In this document: positions 22,778-32,595 of the stretch, piece by piece | Layout: each line of letters opens with the position of its first letter | How positions within the stretch are numbered: position 1 is the stretch's first letter | Assembly (NCBI GenBank): GCA_964633875.1 | Contig: CAZWKL010000001.1 | Location: forward strand, 53,530 to 117,529 | Length of the DNA: 64,000 bases | From: an uncultured Pseudomonadales bacterium | Lineage (GTDB): Bacteria; Patescibacteriota; Microgenomatia; UBA1400; PJMF01 | Direction of reading: 5' to 3' | Position numbers and translations under genes: made by a program | The notes under the pieces: model-generated | The model's database searches: none | What the model saw: only the letters and a program-made list of their open reading frames with translations | Told to the model about the DNA's origin: nothing

Positions 22778-23182
22778 ATGTTACAACCAAAGAAAACTAA
22801 ATTCAGAAAACAATTCAGGGGCAAGCGAGGCGGCACGGCTCAGCGCGGTACTGAAGTGGTTTTTGGTGAGTTTGGTCTGAAAGCTACTACTCGAGGGTGG
22901 GTTTCAGCCAGGCAAATTGAAGCTGCCCGTAAGAAAATTACTTTTATGACTAAAAGAAGTGGTAAGTACTGGGTGCGGGTGTTTCCCGACAAACCTATCA
23001 CCTCCAAACCGGTAGGTGTCAAGATGGGCTCAGGCAAAGGCGCCATTGATAGTTATGTGGCTGTGGTTAAACCCGGCATGGTTTTGTTTGAACTTGGCGG
23101 TGTCAGCGAAGAGATTGCTAGAGATGCTTTCCGTAAAGCTGCTCACAAGCTGTCCGTACAAACTTCATTTGTCGAGAAATAA
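22778..23182 (+). CDS. rplP: 50S ribosomal protein L16
   Basis: QIEAAR, FPDKP, MGSGKG. Confidence 0.99.
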   Translation: MLQPKKTKFRKQFRGKRGGTAQRGTEVVFGEFGLKATTRGWVSARQIEAARKKITFMTKRSGKYWVRVFPDKPITSKPVGVKMGSGKGAIDSYVAVVKPGMVLFELGGVSEEIARDAFRKAAHKLSVQTSFVEK

Positions 23183-23185
23183 AAT

Positions 23186-23437
23186 ATGAAACAACAGAGA
23201 AATGACATTACTGCTTTGCACACCACCAAAATTTCTGAGTTGGAATCACAACTTCGAGAGCTGGAGGTGCAATTGGCTCAAGCCAGATTGGCCAAAGTTG
23301 CTGGTAAACTTAAAGACACAGCCACAATCAAGAGAACCAGTGATGCCATTGCCCGCATCAAAACGGTGATGAGAGAGCAGGCTTTAGTTGCCGGCCAGGA
23401 TCAGGAAGAAACAACTGAAGCAAAGGATGAAAAATAA
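23186..23437 (+). CDS. rpmC: 50S ribosomal protein L29
   Basis: IARIKTV motif; position between rplP and rpsQ. Confidence 0.9.
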   Translation: MKQQRNDITALHTTKISELESQLRELEVQLAQARLAKVAGKLKDTATIKRTSDAIARIKTVMREQALVAGQDQEETTEAKDEK

Positions 23438-23440
23438 AGT

Positions 23441-23680
23441 ATGAAAAAAACCATGCAAGGTACTGTTCTAGCTTTAGCTGAAAAAACTGCCAAAGTCAGT
23501 GTGGCAACGATGTGGACTCATCCGCTCTATCAAAAAAGCGTCAAGCGCACCAAAAATTATGCTTGTCACGTCGAGGGTATTGGTTTGGCAGTAGGAGATG
23601 AAGTTTTAATCGAATCTTCCCGCCCTGTTAGTAAAACCAAGAAGTTTAAGGTAGTTGCGAAAGTTGGGAAGGCAGCATGA
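23441..23680 (+). CDS. rpsQ: 30S ribosomal protein S17
   Basis: HPLYQK, GD.V.I.SSRP.SKTK. Confidence 0.96.
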   Translation: MKKTMQGTVLALAEKTAKVSVATMWTHPLYQKSVKRTKNYACHVEGIGLAVGDEVLIESSRPVSKTKKFKVVAKVGKAA

Positions 23681-24051
23681 TCCAATTAAGGTCCGTATTA
23701 CATGTTGCTGATAACAGCGGAGCCAAAAGAATTCGGGTAATCCAAGTTCATGGTGGCTCCAAGCGCCGGTTTGGTCATATTGGCGATATCGTCACCGCCT
23801 CAGTGATTGTGGCCGACGCCGGTGGCAACCTGAAAAAAGGTGAAATTGTTAAAGCCGTGGTGGTGAGAACCAGAAAAGAAAAAAGACGATCATCTGGTGA
23901 GTACATTAGATTTGATGACAACGCAGCCGTGATTATTGAGTCAATTAGCAGTCCAAGTCCGGTGGGCACTCGGGTTTTCGGTCCGATCGCCCGCGAGGTC
24001 AAAAACAGAGGTTTTAATAAAATAGCTAGTTTAGCGCCGGAGGTATTGTAG
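23677..24051 (+). CDS. rplN: 50S ribosomal protein L14
   Basis: ADNSGAK, FDDNAAV, SLAPEVL. Confidence 0.99.
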   Translation: MIQLRSVLHVADNSGAKRIRVIQVHGGSKRRFGHIGDIVTASVIVADAGGNLKKGEIVKAVVVRTRKEKRRSSGEYIRFDDNAAVIIESISSPSPVGTRVFGPIAREVKNRGFNKIASLAPEVL

Positions 24052-24058
24052 GAGAGAT

Positions 24059-24400
24059 ATGAAATTTCAAGTTGGCGACCAAGTCAAGATCACTACAGGC
24101 AAAGACAAAGGCAAAACAGGCACTATTACCAGAGTAATTCCTGGGAAAAACGAGGTGGTAGTAGCAGGTATCAACCTCTATGCTAAACACACTCGTCCGA
24201 TGGCTGGTCGGCCGGGAGAAAAAGTGGTCTTGGAAAGACCGCTTGAGGCTGCTAAAATTGCCATTCTCAACGACCAGAGTCAGCTTGACAGGATTGGTTA
24301 CTCGGTAGACAAAAAAGGTAACAAAACTAGAATATTTAAAAAAACCGGCAAAGTCATTCCGGAACCAAAGAAACCAACGGAAGAAAAAAGCAAGAAATAA
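24059..24400 (+). CDS. rplX: 50S ribosomal protein L24
   Basis: KOW motif GDQV.ITTGKDKGKTG. Confidence 0.97.
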   Translation: MKFQVGDQVKITTGKDKGKTGTITRVIPGKNEVVVAGINLYAKHTRPMAGRPGEKVVLERPLEAAKIAILNDQSQLDRIGYSVDKKGNKTRIFKKTGKVIPEPKKPTEEKSKK

Positions 24401-24410
24401 TTGGTAATCT

Positions 24411-24965
24411 ATGTCAACATTAAGAGAAATTTATACCAGCGAAATAGTCCCAGCTCTCCAAAAAGAGTTTGGCTACAAAACTACCTACGCAGTTCCTAAA
24501 TTGGAAAAGATCGTAGTCAATATTAGTGTGGCCGATCCGCAAGAGCCTCGTCAGCGCTCTCAGGTGATCGACAACATTGTGGAACAATTCAGACAAATTA
24601 CCGGTCAGCAGCCTCAGATTACCAAAGCCAGAAAATCAATCGCTGGCTTCAAACTCAGGCAAGGCGATCCGCTTGGAGTGATGGTGACTCTGCGTGGCAA
24701 AAGAATGTGGGAATTTTTGGAAAAACTTATCAGCATTGCTCTGCCACGGGTCAAAGATTTTCGCGGTGTTTCGGCTAAAGCCTTTGATGGTCAAGGTAAT
24801 TACAGCCTTGGCATTGAAGAACAGATTATCTTTCCGGAAATCAACTATGACCAGATTGAGAGCGTCAGAGGTTTGCAGGCCGTTATTGTGACCACAGCTA
24901 AGACAAACAAAGAGAGTTTTTCACTTTTGCAAAAATTAGGCTTACCATTTGAGAAAGAAGAATAA
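24411..24965 (+). CDS. rplE: 50S ribosomal protein L5
   Basis: [27 protein letters not shown]. Confidence 0.99.
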   Translation: MSTLREIYTSEIVPALQKEFGYKTTYAVPKLEKIVVNISVADPQEPRQRSQVIDNIVEQFRQITGQQPQITKARKSIAGFKLRQGDPLGVMVTLRGKRMWEFLEKLISIALPRVKDFRGVSAKAFDGQGNYSLGIEEQIIFPEINYDQIESVRGLQAVIVTTAKTNKESFSLLQKLGLPFEKEE

Positions 24966-24967
24966 TC

Positions 24968-25198
24968 ATGGCCAAGAAATCAAAAATCATCAAATCAAAT
25001 AGATTAATCGCCAAGCGCAAAGCTCTTAAAGCGTCAGGCGAACCCAGAGTAAACAAAGTATCGACTCGAGGAGTAAACCGTTGTAAAATAACAGGTCGAC
25101 CAAGAGGGTACATGCGCTATTTTGGTCTGAGTAGGCTAACTTTCAGGGAATTAGCAAGTAAAGGCGAGCTTCCTGGGGTAGTAAAAGCAAGTAAGTAA
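24968..25198 (+). CDS. rpsN: 30S ribosomal protein S14 (zinc-ribbon cysteines mostly lost)
   Basis: [31 protein letters not shown]. Confidence 0.97.
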   Translation: MAKKSKIIKSNRLIAKRKALKASGEPRVNKVSTRGVNRCKITGRPRGYMRYFGLSRLTFRELASKGELPGVVKASK

Positions 25199-25201
25199 TG
25201 T

Positions 25202-25591
25202 ATGACTGATCCAATCGCAGATTTAATCATCAGAATCAAAAACGCCTTTATGGCCAGCAATAAAGAGGTGTTGGTGCCGTACTCAAAAATCAAAAAGAGT
25301 ATTGCCGATATTCTGATGAGCGAGGGCTATGCTGAAAAAGTTGAAGTGATTGAAGGTAAGCCATTTGCTCAAATTAAAATTACCCTCCGCTATGTGGGCA
25401 GAGTGCCGGCGGTAACTGACGTCAAACGTTTATCAAAACCAGGCAGGAGACTTTACACTACGGCTAACGATATACCAAGAGCTTTGGGCGGCTACGGCAT
25501 CACCATCCTTTCTACCAGCAAAGGAGTGATGACCGACTCGAACGCCAGAAAGCAAAACCTGGGAGGAGAGCTTTTGTGCCAGGTTTGGTAA
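25202..25591 (+). CDS. rpsH: 30S ribosomal protein S8
   Basis: DPIAD, SKPGRR, STSKGVM, GGELL. Confidence 0.99.
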   Translation: MTDPIADLIIRIKNAFMASNKEVLVPYSKIKKSIADILMSEGYAEKVEVIEGKPFAQIKITLRYVGRVPAVTDVKRLSKPGRRLYTTANDIPRALGGYGITILSTSKGVMTDSNARKQNLGGELLCQVW

Positions 25592-25622
25592 AGACTTGGT
25601 AAAGGCTTAAAGGAAAAACATC

Positions 25623-26159
25623 ATGTCAAGAATCGGCAATACACCAATCAAAATACCCAGCGGCGTTACCGTCAACGTAGCCGGTGAGGTGGTGGAAGTC
25701 AAAGGCCCTAAAGGCCAACTGCAGGCCCCCATGTTTAAAGGCATTGAAGTGAAGGTGACGGATGGCGAAGTAGTGGTAGCTCGCAAAAATGATGATGATC
25801 AAACCAGAGCTTTTCATGGCTTGGCCAGAAATTTGATCAAAAACCATGTAGTTGGCGTGACTGAGGGTTACAAAAAGACTCTCAAATTAGTTGGCACCGG
25901 CTACAGAGTCCAGGCTAAAGGAACAGGCATTAGTATGTCCCTGGGTCTTTCTCATGATGTTGAGTTCCAACCAGAGGCAGGAGTTACTGTCAAAACCGAA
26001 GGCAATGACACCATTCACATTGAGGGCATTGATAAACAACGGGTTGGCCAGGTTGCAGCCGATATCCGTAAGGCCCGGCCACCAGAGCGCTATAAAGGTA
26101 AAGGCATCAGGTATGAAGATGAAGTGGTGAGAATCAAACCAGGAAAGACAGTTGCTTAA
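25623..26159 (+). CDS. rplF: 50S ribosomal protein L6
   Basis: MSRIG, GPKG, YKGKGIRY. Confidence 0.99.
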   Translation: MSRIGNTPIKIPSGVTVNVAGEVVEVKGPKGQLQAPMFKGIEVKVTDGEVVVARKNDDDQTRAFHGLARNLIKNHVVGVTEGYKKTLKLVGTGYRVQAKGTGISMSLGLSHDVEFQPEAGVTVKTEGNDTIHIEGIDKQRVGQVAADIRKARPPERYKGKGIRYEDEVVRIKPGKTVA

Positions 26160-26177
26160 AGTAGTTAAGAAATTAGT

Positions 26178-26543
26178 ATGCCAAAAATCGCTCATAACAC
26201 CACCAAAGTAGAACGAAGAAAAAGACGCGTTGGCGCTCAGTTGTTTGGCACAGCCAAGCGACCAAGAGTGAGCGTTAGGCGTTCAAATAAGTTTGTTTTC
26301 TTACAAGCAGTTGATGACTCGGCAGGCCAAACTGTGGCTTCAGCCCATGACAAGCAAGTCAAGTCCGCCGGCAAAAAAGCCATAACCAAGACCGAAACGG
26401 CTAAGCTGAGCGCCCAGTCTTTGGCTCAACAGCTCAAGCAAAAGAAAATCGGCGCGGTCATTTTTGACAGAGGTCAGTACAAATATCACGGCAGGGTTCA
26501 AACTGTAGCTCAGACTCTTCGTGATGAAGGCATAAAAGTTTAG
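26178..26543 (+). CDS. rplR: 50S ribosomal protein L18
   Basis: RPR.SV.RSNK, FDRG.YKYHGRV. Confidence 0.98.
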   Translation: MPKIAHNTTKVERRKRRVGAQLFGTAKRPRVSVRRSNKFVFLQAVDDSAGQTVASAHDKQVKSAGKKAITKTETAKLSAQSLAQQLKQKKIGAVIFDRGQYKYHGRVQTVAQTLRDEGIKV

Positions 26544-26550
26544 GAATTAT

Positions 26551-27282
26551 ATGGCAAACCCACGCGAACAAAACGAATTTGAAGAGAAAGTCATTCAAGT
26601 CTCTCGTGTTTCCAAAAAAACCAAAGGCGGTAACAAAATCGGCTTTTCTGTTTTGATGGTTGTCGGCGACAAAAAAGGTCGCGTTGGAGTGGGTTTGGGC
26701 AAAGCACCAGACGTAGTTTCAGCTATTCGCAAGGGGATTAAAAAAGCTAAGAAAAAAATGATTGATGTCCCTTTGGATGGGACCACTATTCCTTTCCCGA
26801 TTGAGGTTAAGGAAGGCGCTGGCAGAATTCTGCTGAAACCTGCGCCGCAGGGCTCAGGTGTGATTGCCGGAGGTCCGGTGCGCGCGGTGGTGGAAGCCGC
26901 GGGTATTAGAGATATCTCCAGTAAAATCATGGGTTCTGAAAATCAAGCTTCTAATGTTTATGCTACTTTTGCAGCGATGCAGCAAATCAAGAAAATTGTC
27001 GAACTGAAAAGCATTAAGCTGAGGTCAATTGCCGATATTGAAGCAGAAGAAGATAAAAAGCAAGAAGAACTTCAGGAAAAACATAAGAAACGGGCTGAAG
27101 AAAAGCAAGAGAAAGAAATACAAGAGCGAGTTGCCAAAAAGTCGGCGGCTAAGAAACTGGCGGCCAAAAAACCGGCAACTAAAAAAGTAGCGGCTAAAAA
27201 GCCCGTTGGCAAAAAGCCCGCCGCCAAGAAACCCGCCGCCAAAACGGCCAAAAAAGCCGCAAAAAAAACCGAACAGAAATAA
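26551..27282 (+). CDS. rpsE: 30S ribosomal protein S5 with long charged, Lys/Ala-rich C-terminal extension
   Basis: RVSKKTKGG, GVIAGGPVRAV; tail of KKxAAKKP repeats. Confidence 0.98.
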   Translation: MANPREQNEFEEKVIQVSRVSKKTKGGNKIGFSVLMVVGDKKGRVGVGLGKAPDVVSAIRKGIKKAKKKMIDVPLDGTTIPFPIEVKEGAGRILLKPAPQGSGVIAGGPVRAVVEAAGIRDISSKIMGSENQASNVYATFAAMQQIKKIVELKSIKLRSIADIEAEEDKKQEELQEKHKKRAEEKQEKEIQERVAKKSAAKKLAAKKPATKKVAAKKPVGKKPAAKKPAAKTAKKAAKKTEQK

Positions 27283-27293
27283 GGACTTAAATC

Positions 27294-27731
27294 ATGTCAC
27301 TTTTAAATCAACTACCGAGCATCAAAGCTAACAGCAAAAAGCGTGTTGGCAGAGGCTATGGCTCAGCCAAAGGCGGCCACACCGCCGGCAGAGGCCAAAA
27401 AGGCCAAAAATCCCGTGGAGGAAGCAAAATTCCTCTTTGGTTTGAGGGTGGACAGCTGCCTTTAATCAAAAGACTGCCGTTTTTGCGAGGTAAAGGCAGG
27501 TTTAACGTGGTTCGCCCCACCGCAGAAATCACCTTAAACACCATTGAAAAAATGCAGGCAACGGAAATTTCCTTAGCCAGCCTCAAGGCAGAAAAAGTGA
27601 TTGATGTCAGGTTCAAAAAGGCAAAAATTATTGCCACCGGTAAATTAACTCGAAAAGTTCAGGTCAAAGGCATCAAAGCTTCCCAGGCTGCAGCAGCAGC
27701 AATCGAAGCGCTCGGTGGATCAGTTGAATAG
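27294..27731 (+). CDS. rplO: 50S ribosomal protein L15
   Basis: [20 protein letters not shown]. Confidence 0.98.
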   Translation: MSLLNQLPSIKANSKKRVGRGYGSAKGGHTAGRGQKGQKSRGGSKIPLWFEGGQLPLIKRLPFLRGKGRFNVVRPTAEITLNTIEKMQATEISLASLKAEKVIDVRFKKAKIIATGKLTRKVQVKGIKASQAAAAAIEALGGSVE

Positions 27732-27790
27732 TTGTTCAGCCTTTGCAGTTGAGTTATACTAACCACCTGGCGGTTTCACCAGAAACAAAC

Positions 27791-29074
27791 ATGAAAAGAT
27801 TTACTGCCTTTATTAAAAAAGTAACGCAGAACCGGGACCTCCGGAAAAAGCTGCTGTTTACCGCAGGCATATTTTTAGTATACCGTTTTTTGGCTCACGT
27901 CCCCCTGCCTTCCATTGATATCGCCCAACTCAGAACGCTTTTTGCCTCCAACCAATTTTTGAGCTTGCTCAATATTTTTTCCGGTGGCACTTTGGCTAAT
28001 TTTTCCGTGGTGGCTTTGGGAATCAACCCCTACATTACCGCCTCAATTATTATGCAGTTGATGGGTATGGTGGTGCCGCAGATCAAAGAAATGCAGAAAG
28101 AAGGCGAGTCGGGCCGGGAAAAAGTCAATCAATACACCCGGATGCTGACAGTGCCTCTAGCGGTGGCGCAGAGTGTTTCGGTACTGGCGCTTCTGCGGGC
28201 GCAAGGCCTGGTGCAAAGCACCGAACCAATCGCCATTATTGCCATGATTATCACCCTGGTAGCCGGCGCCATGATTATCACTTGGCTTGGCGAACTGGTT
28301 TCTCAATATGGACTGGGTAATGGCATCTCAATTATTCTTTTGGGTGCTATTATCAGCCAGCTTCCCACTGCCGCTGGCCAGGTTTTAGCCATTACCACTA
28401 CTGATCAATTACTGACCATGATTTCCTTTATTGCAGTGTTCTTGTTGATTATCGCAGTTGTAGTTTTTATGAACGAATCAATTCGTAAGATACCGGTGCA
28501 GTATGCCAAGCGCCAGCGTGGCAGCAGAGTTTACGGTGGCCAAATGTCTCACTTACCGGTGAAAGTGAATGTGGCCGGAGTGATGCCAATTATCTTTGCT
28601 GTGACGATCATGATCGTGCCCTCATTTTTAGCCAGAATTTTGCTTGCCAGTGGCAACACCCGCTTGCTTGATATCGGCCAGTGGCTAACGCTCAATTTCA
28701 GCGAAACTTCTACGCTTTACATGGTAGTGTACTTTTTAGTGGTCTTTTTCTTTAGTTATTTCTCAGCTTTAATTTTCTTCAATACCGAAGATATTTCGGA
28801 GGAACTGAAGAAAAGTGGCGCCTTTATCCCCGGCATCAGACCGGGAGGCCCAACCAAAAAATACCTCGAATTTGTCGTGACCAGAATTACTTTCGCGGGT
28901 GCAATTTTTCTCAGTACCATTGCCATCCTGCCTTCCATAGCTCAGATATTTACCGGTATTACTGCCTTGGCCATCAGCGGTACGAGTGTGCTGATTGTGG
29001 TGTCGGTTATTTTGGAAACCGCCAAACAGGCAGAAAGTATGGTTATAGACCAAAACTATGACCAGTACAGGTAA
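27791..29074 (+). CDS. secY: Preprotein translocase SecY
   Basis: ALGINPYITASII, GLGNGIS, GVMPIIFA, FIPGIRPG; ATG 27791. Confidence 0.98.
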   Translation: MKRFTAFIKKVTQNRDLRKKLLFTAGIFLVYRFLAHVPLPSIDIAQLRTLFASNQFLSLLNIFSGGTLANFSVVALGINPYITASIIMQLMGMVVPQIKEMQKEGESGREKVNQYTRMLTVPLAVAQSVSVLALLRAQGLVQSTEPIAIIAMIITLVAGAMIITWLGELVSQYGLGNGISIILLGAIISQLPTAAGQVLAITTTDQLLTMISFIAVFLLIIAVVVFMNESIRKIPVQYAKRQRGSRVYGGQMSHLPVKVNVAGVMPIIFAVTIMIVPSFLARILLASGNTRLLDIGQWLTLNFSETSTLYMVVYFLVVFFFSYFSALIFFNTEDISEELKKSGAFIPGIRPGGPTKKYLEFVVTRITFAGAIFLSTIAILPSIAQIFTGITALAISGTSVLIVVSVILETAKQAESMVIDQNYDQYR

Positions 29075-29124
29075 GTATGAATTACAAATCACCGTCTTTT
29101 TCAAGGCAAACATAGGAGAAAATA

Positions 29125-29676
29125 ATGCGATTGATCTTAATCGGCATCCAGGGTGCCGGCAAATCAACCCAGGGTAATTATTTGTCTGAACGCTACAAAA
29201 TTCCCTACCTTTCGTCAGGGCATATTTTTCGGGAAATGGCTCGGGAAAAAACTCAACTTGGCCGTTGGCTGAAGGAAACGATTAATTCCGGCGCGCTGGT
29301 GCCAGACGACACCGTTTTGGAAGTAGTACTAACTTATTTGGAAAAACCTGAGTACGCCAATGGTTATATTTTGGATGGATTTCCCCGGACCGTCACTCAA
29401 GCTTCGGCTTTTAATGGCGGCGTTGATAAAGTCGTTTACATTGAGGTTTCTCAAAAAGAAGCGCTTTGGCGGATTTCCGGCCGCGAGGAAGAGCGCGACG
29501 ACGAAACGCTCAAGGCTATCAGAAAAAGGATTGAGCTCTTTTACGAAGTCACCAAACCGGTGCTCGGTTTTTACGAAGAGCAAGGCAAGCTGATTACTAT
29601 CGACGGTGAGCAGCCGATCGAGAAAGTTTCGGCAGATATTGTGGCCGCTTTGGATGAACATTTTAGCAACAAATAA
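29125..29676 (+). CDS. adk: Adenylate kinase, short form without long LID
   Basis: GIQGAGKSTQ, LDGFPRT, RDDE; follows secY. Confidence 0.93.
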   Translation: MRLILIGIQGAGKSTQGNYLSERYKIPYLSSGHIFREMAREKTQLGRWLKETINSGALVPDDTVLEVVLTYLEKPEYANGYILDGFPRTVTQASAFNGGVDKVVYIEVSQKEALWRISGREEERDDETLKAIRKRIELFYEVTKPVLGFYEEQGKLITIDGEQPIEKVSADIVAALDEHFSNK

Positions 29677-29752
29677 CTGGAAAAAATTAAACGGGCGGCA
29701 AGCGAGATTGGTTTTGTCGCCTGTTTTTGTACAATAAGGATTGTGTAGGATT

Positions 29753-30511
29753 ATGCAGGATTTGGATAAAAAATTGGCTAAAAAAATAACGGCCATGCGT
29801 GAAGGTGGCCGGGTTTTAGGCAAAATTAAGCGCCAACTGGTGGATTTTTGCCAACCAGGTTTGGCTTTTGAAGCAGTAGAAGCCCAGGCGCAAGAGCTGA
29901 TCAGAGCAGCGAGTATGACACCGAGTTTTTCCACCGTGCCCGGCTACTACTGGGCCACTTGCATCATGAAAAATGAAGAAATTTGTCATGGCATTCCGGT
30001 GGATAAAACCATGGAGGATGGCGATTTAATCACCATTGATGTGGGTTTGATCAATCAGGGCTACCACCTTGATACCACGATCTCTTTTGGCGTGGGCCAA
30101 GTGAGCGGAAAAATGCAGCGTTTTTTGGAAGATGGCCAAAGTATTTTGCGCAAGGCTATCAATCGAGCTAAAGTTGGCAGCTCAGTTTACGATATCAGCT
30201 ACCAGATGGATAAGGGGCTGCAGAAAAAGGGCTATGGCGTGGTTTATCAGCTCACCGGGCATGGTATTGGCGAAGAACTACACATGGAGCCGGAAATTCC
30301 GGTTTTTGCCCATAAACCCCACAAAAAGATTATCCTTCAAGCAGGTCAAACTTTGGCCATTGAAGTCATGTACACCATGGGTAAGCCTCAGCTAGTGACA
30401 GCTGCCGACGGCTGGACTTACAAGACGGCTGATGGCTCGCTTTCGGGCATGTTTGAAGAAACGGTCTTAGTGACTGAAAATGGCCCGGAGATACTGACAA
30501 AAGCCAATTAA
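29753..30511 (+). CDS. map: Type I methionine aminopeptidase
   Basis: CHGIP, IDVG, DTT, GHGIG..LH, AIE, FEET; ATG 29753. Confidence 0.95.
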   Translation: MQDLDKKLAKKITAMREGGRVLGKIKRQLVDFCQPGLAFEAVEAQAQELIRAASMTPSFSTVPGYYWATCIMKNEEICHGIPVDKTMEDGDLITIDVGLINQGYHLDTTISFGVGQVSGKMQRFLEDGQSILRKAINRAKVGSSVYDISYQMDKGLQKKGYGVVYQLTGHGIGEELHMEPEIPVFAHKPHKKIILQAGQTLAIEVMYTMGKPQLVTAADGWTYKTADGSLSGMFEETVLVTENGPEILTKAN

Positions 30512-30534
30512 TTTGCTATAATAAGCGCTTCGTT

Positions 30535-30858
30535 ATGGGAAAAGTACAAGAACACAAACGATCAGCTAAAACCAAAAAACAGGTGGATACAACCGGTAAA
30601 AAGGCAGACCGCCCCGACCGGTTTGAAATTGAGGGTGTGGTGGAACAATGCCTGCCCAACACTATGTTTAGGGTGAAAATTACCGACTCTGAAGTAGAGC
30701 CGATGGTTGGTCGTGAAGTGCTGGGCACTTTAGTGGGTAAAATGAGGCTTTACCGAATCAGAGTGATGCCAGGCGACTACATCAAGGGCTATATCACAAA
30801 ATATGACCTCAATAAGTGTAAAATCACCTATAGGTCAACGAAAAGTGGTTCGCAGTAA
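30535..30858 (+). CDS. infA: Translation initiation factor IF-1 with basic N-terminal extension
   Basis: EG.V...[21 protein letters not shown]...ITYR. Confidence 0.93.
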   Translation: MGKVQEHKRSAKTKKQVDTTGKKADRPDRFEIEGVVEQCLPNTMFRVKITDSEVEPMVGREVLGTLVGKMRLYRIRVMPGDYIKGYITKYDLNKCKITYRSTKSGSQ

Positions 30859-30923
30859 AATTACTGCTTTTAATTTTCATATTTCTGAGGTATAGTTCAA
30901 GCCTGCTCGACAAAGAAAGCAAC

Positions 30924-31040
30924 ATGAAAGTTAAGTCATCTATTAAGAAAATGTGCTTGCACTGCAAGATTATCCGCCGCAAAGGTGTGGTGCGGGTAGT
31001 GTGTCCGGTGTATCCTAAGCACAAGCAAAGGCAAGGCTAA
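30924..31040 (+). CDS. rpmJ: 50S ribosomal protein L36 (not in the ORF track)
   Basis: Hand-translated [38 protein letters not shown], with CxxC...C....H zinc ribbon. Confidence 0.98.
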   Translation: MKVKSSIKKMCLHCKIIRRKGVVRVVCPVYPKHKQRQG

Positions 31041-31049
31041 AGGAACAAT

Positions 31050-31457
31050 ATGCCCCGTATCGTTGGAATCGACATACCTGATGAAAAGAAGATTCTGTAC
31101 TCGTTGCAGTATCTTTATGGTGTGGGCCCGACTCGCGCCAAGAAAATTCTTGCTCAAGCCCAGGTAGGCGAAAACAAAAGAGCCAGAGATCTTGATGCCA
31201 ATGAGCTCAACCGGATTCAGCGCGCTCTGGACGACTACATGCTTGAGGGTGATCTGAGAAGAGATGTTAATGATAATGTTGACCGCTTGAAAAGAATTCG
31301 TTCCTATCGGGGTTTGCGCCACAAAATGGGGCTTCCCACCCGCGGCCAACGCACCCGGACCAACTCCAGAAACGCTCGTGGCGCTTCAGGACAAAGAAGG
31401 ACAGTTGGTTCAATGACCAAGGAAATGGCGGCCAAGTTAGAAGCGGCCAAGAAGTAA
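31050..31457 (+). CDS. rpsM: 30S ribosomal protein S13
   Basis: YRGLRH..GLP.RGQRT.TN. Confidence 0.99.
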   Translation: MPRIVGIDIPDEKKILYSLQYLYGVGPTRAKKILAQAQVGENKRARDLDANELNRIQRALDDYMLEGDLRRDVNDNVDRLKRIRSYRGLRHKMGLPTRGQRTRTNSRNARGASGQRRTVGSMTKEMAAKLEAAKK

Positions 31458-31470
31458 GATCGGGCAAAAT

Positions 31471-31872
31471 ATGGCAAAACAACAAATTAAAAAGAAAACC
31501 ACTCCGCGCAAAAACAACGCCGTCGTTCCTAAAGGCAGAATGTATGTCACTGCCACTTTTAACAGTACTTTAGTCAGTATTACCGATGACAAAGGCAACG
31601 TGTTGTGTTGGTCAACTGCCGGCGAGTCAGGTTTTTCCGGCTCAAGGAAGTCTACGCCCTACGCGGCCACAGTGACGGTAGAAAACGCGGTCAACAAAGC
31701 CAGAGGCTACGGCATGAACGCTATGGATGTTTTCCTCAAAGGCCCAGGACCAGGACGGGATGTGGCGCTGAGAGTATTGCGGGCACAAGGAATTAGAGTG
31801 CCGATGATTGTAGACAAAACCCCAGACCCTCACAATGGTACCAGACCAAGAAAAGCCAAGCACAACAAATAA
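31471..31872 (+). CDS. rpsK: 30S ribosomal protein S11
   Basis: GSRKSTPYAA, KGPGPGR, PHNG.RP. Confidence 0.99.
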   Translation: MAKQQIKKKTTPRKNNAVVPKGRMYVTATFNSTLVSITDDKGNVLCWSTAGESGFSGSRKSTPYAATVTVENAVNKARGYGMNAMDVFLKGPGPGRDVALRVLRAQGIRVPMIVDKTPDPHNGTRPRKAKHNK

Positions 31873-31892
31873 CGGCAGTTCAAAAAGGATAT

Positions 31893-32498
31893 ATGGCACG
31901 CTATACAGGACCAAAAAACAAATTATCTCGGCAAATCGGTGAAGACCTTGGACTCAAGGCCAATCCGCTTAAGGTTGCCAGAAGGATGAGAATTCGCCCG
32001 GGCCAACATGGAGCCAGGGGGCGGAGAAAGCTGTCTGAGTATGGTATCCAGCTTAAGGAAAAACAAAAAGTTAAATATATTTACGGCATTTTGGAAAAGC
32101 AGCTCCACAGTTTGTATGAAGAAGCTAGCAAAAATCCCACCGCTACCGGCTCGGCTCTCTTGAGCTTGCTTGAGAGAAGGCTGGACAACGTGGTTTACCG
32201 CATGGGTTGGGCACCAACCAGGTCGGCAGCCAGACAGATAGTTTCGCATGGCCATGTGCGAATTAATGATAGAAAAATGAATGTGCCGTCTTATCGAGTT
32301 CAAGTTGATGATATTATCACTCTTTCGGATAAAGCCATGAAAATTCCTGTAGTGCTTCAACAACTAGAAGCCCAAGCAGAAACCAAGGACTGGTTGGAAA
32401 GAAAGAACGCAGTTGGCAAAGTTGCCAGATTGCCCGAAAGAGACGATATTACCGAAGGCATTGAGGAGCAGTTGGTAGTCGAGTACTACAGTCGCTAA
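31893..32498 (+). CDS. rpsD: 30S ribosomal protein S4
   Basis: QLKEKQK, LERRLDNVVYR, ARQIVSHGH, VEYYSR. Confidence 0.99.
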   Translation: MARYTGPKNKLSRQIGEDLGLKANPLKVARRMRIRPGQHGARGRRKLSEYGIQLKEKQKVKYIYGILEKQLHSLYEEASKNPTATGSALLSLLERRLDNVVYRMGWAPTRSAARQIVSHGHVRINDRKMNVPSYRVQVDDIITLSDKAMKIPVVLQQLEAQAETKDWLERKNAVGKVARLPERDDITEGIEEQLVVEYYSR

Positions 32499-32595
32499 AG
32501 GAACTTAATTAGTAAGTAGTAAAAAGTATTAACTTATCCGGACACGGATTTTCCCCGCCCCAGGCGGAGAAGAGGAGAAACAAGGAGAAAACATT

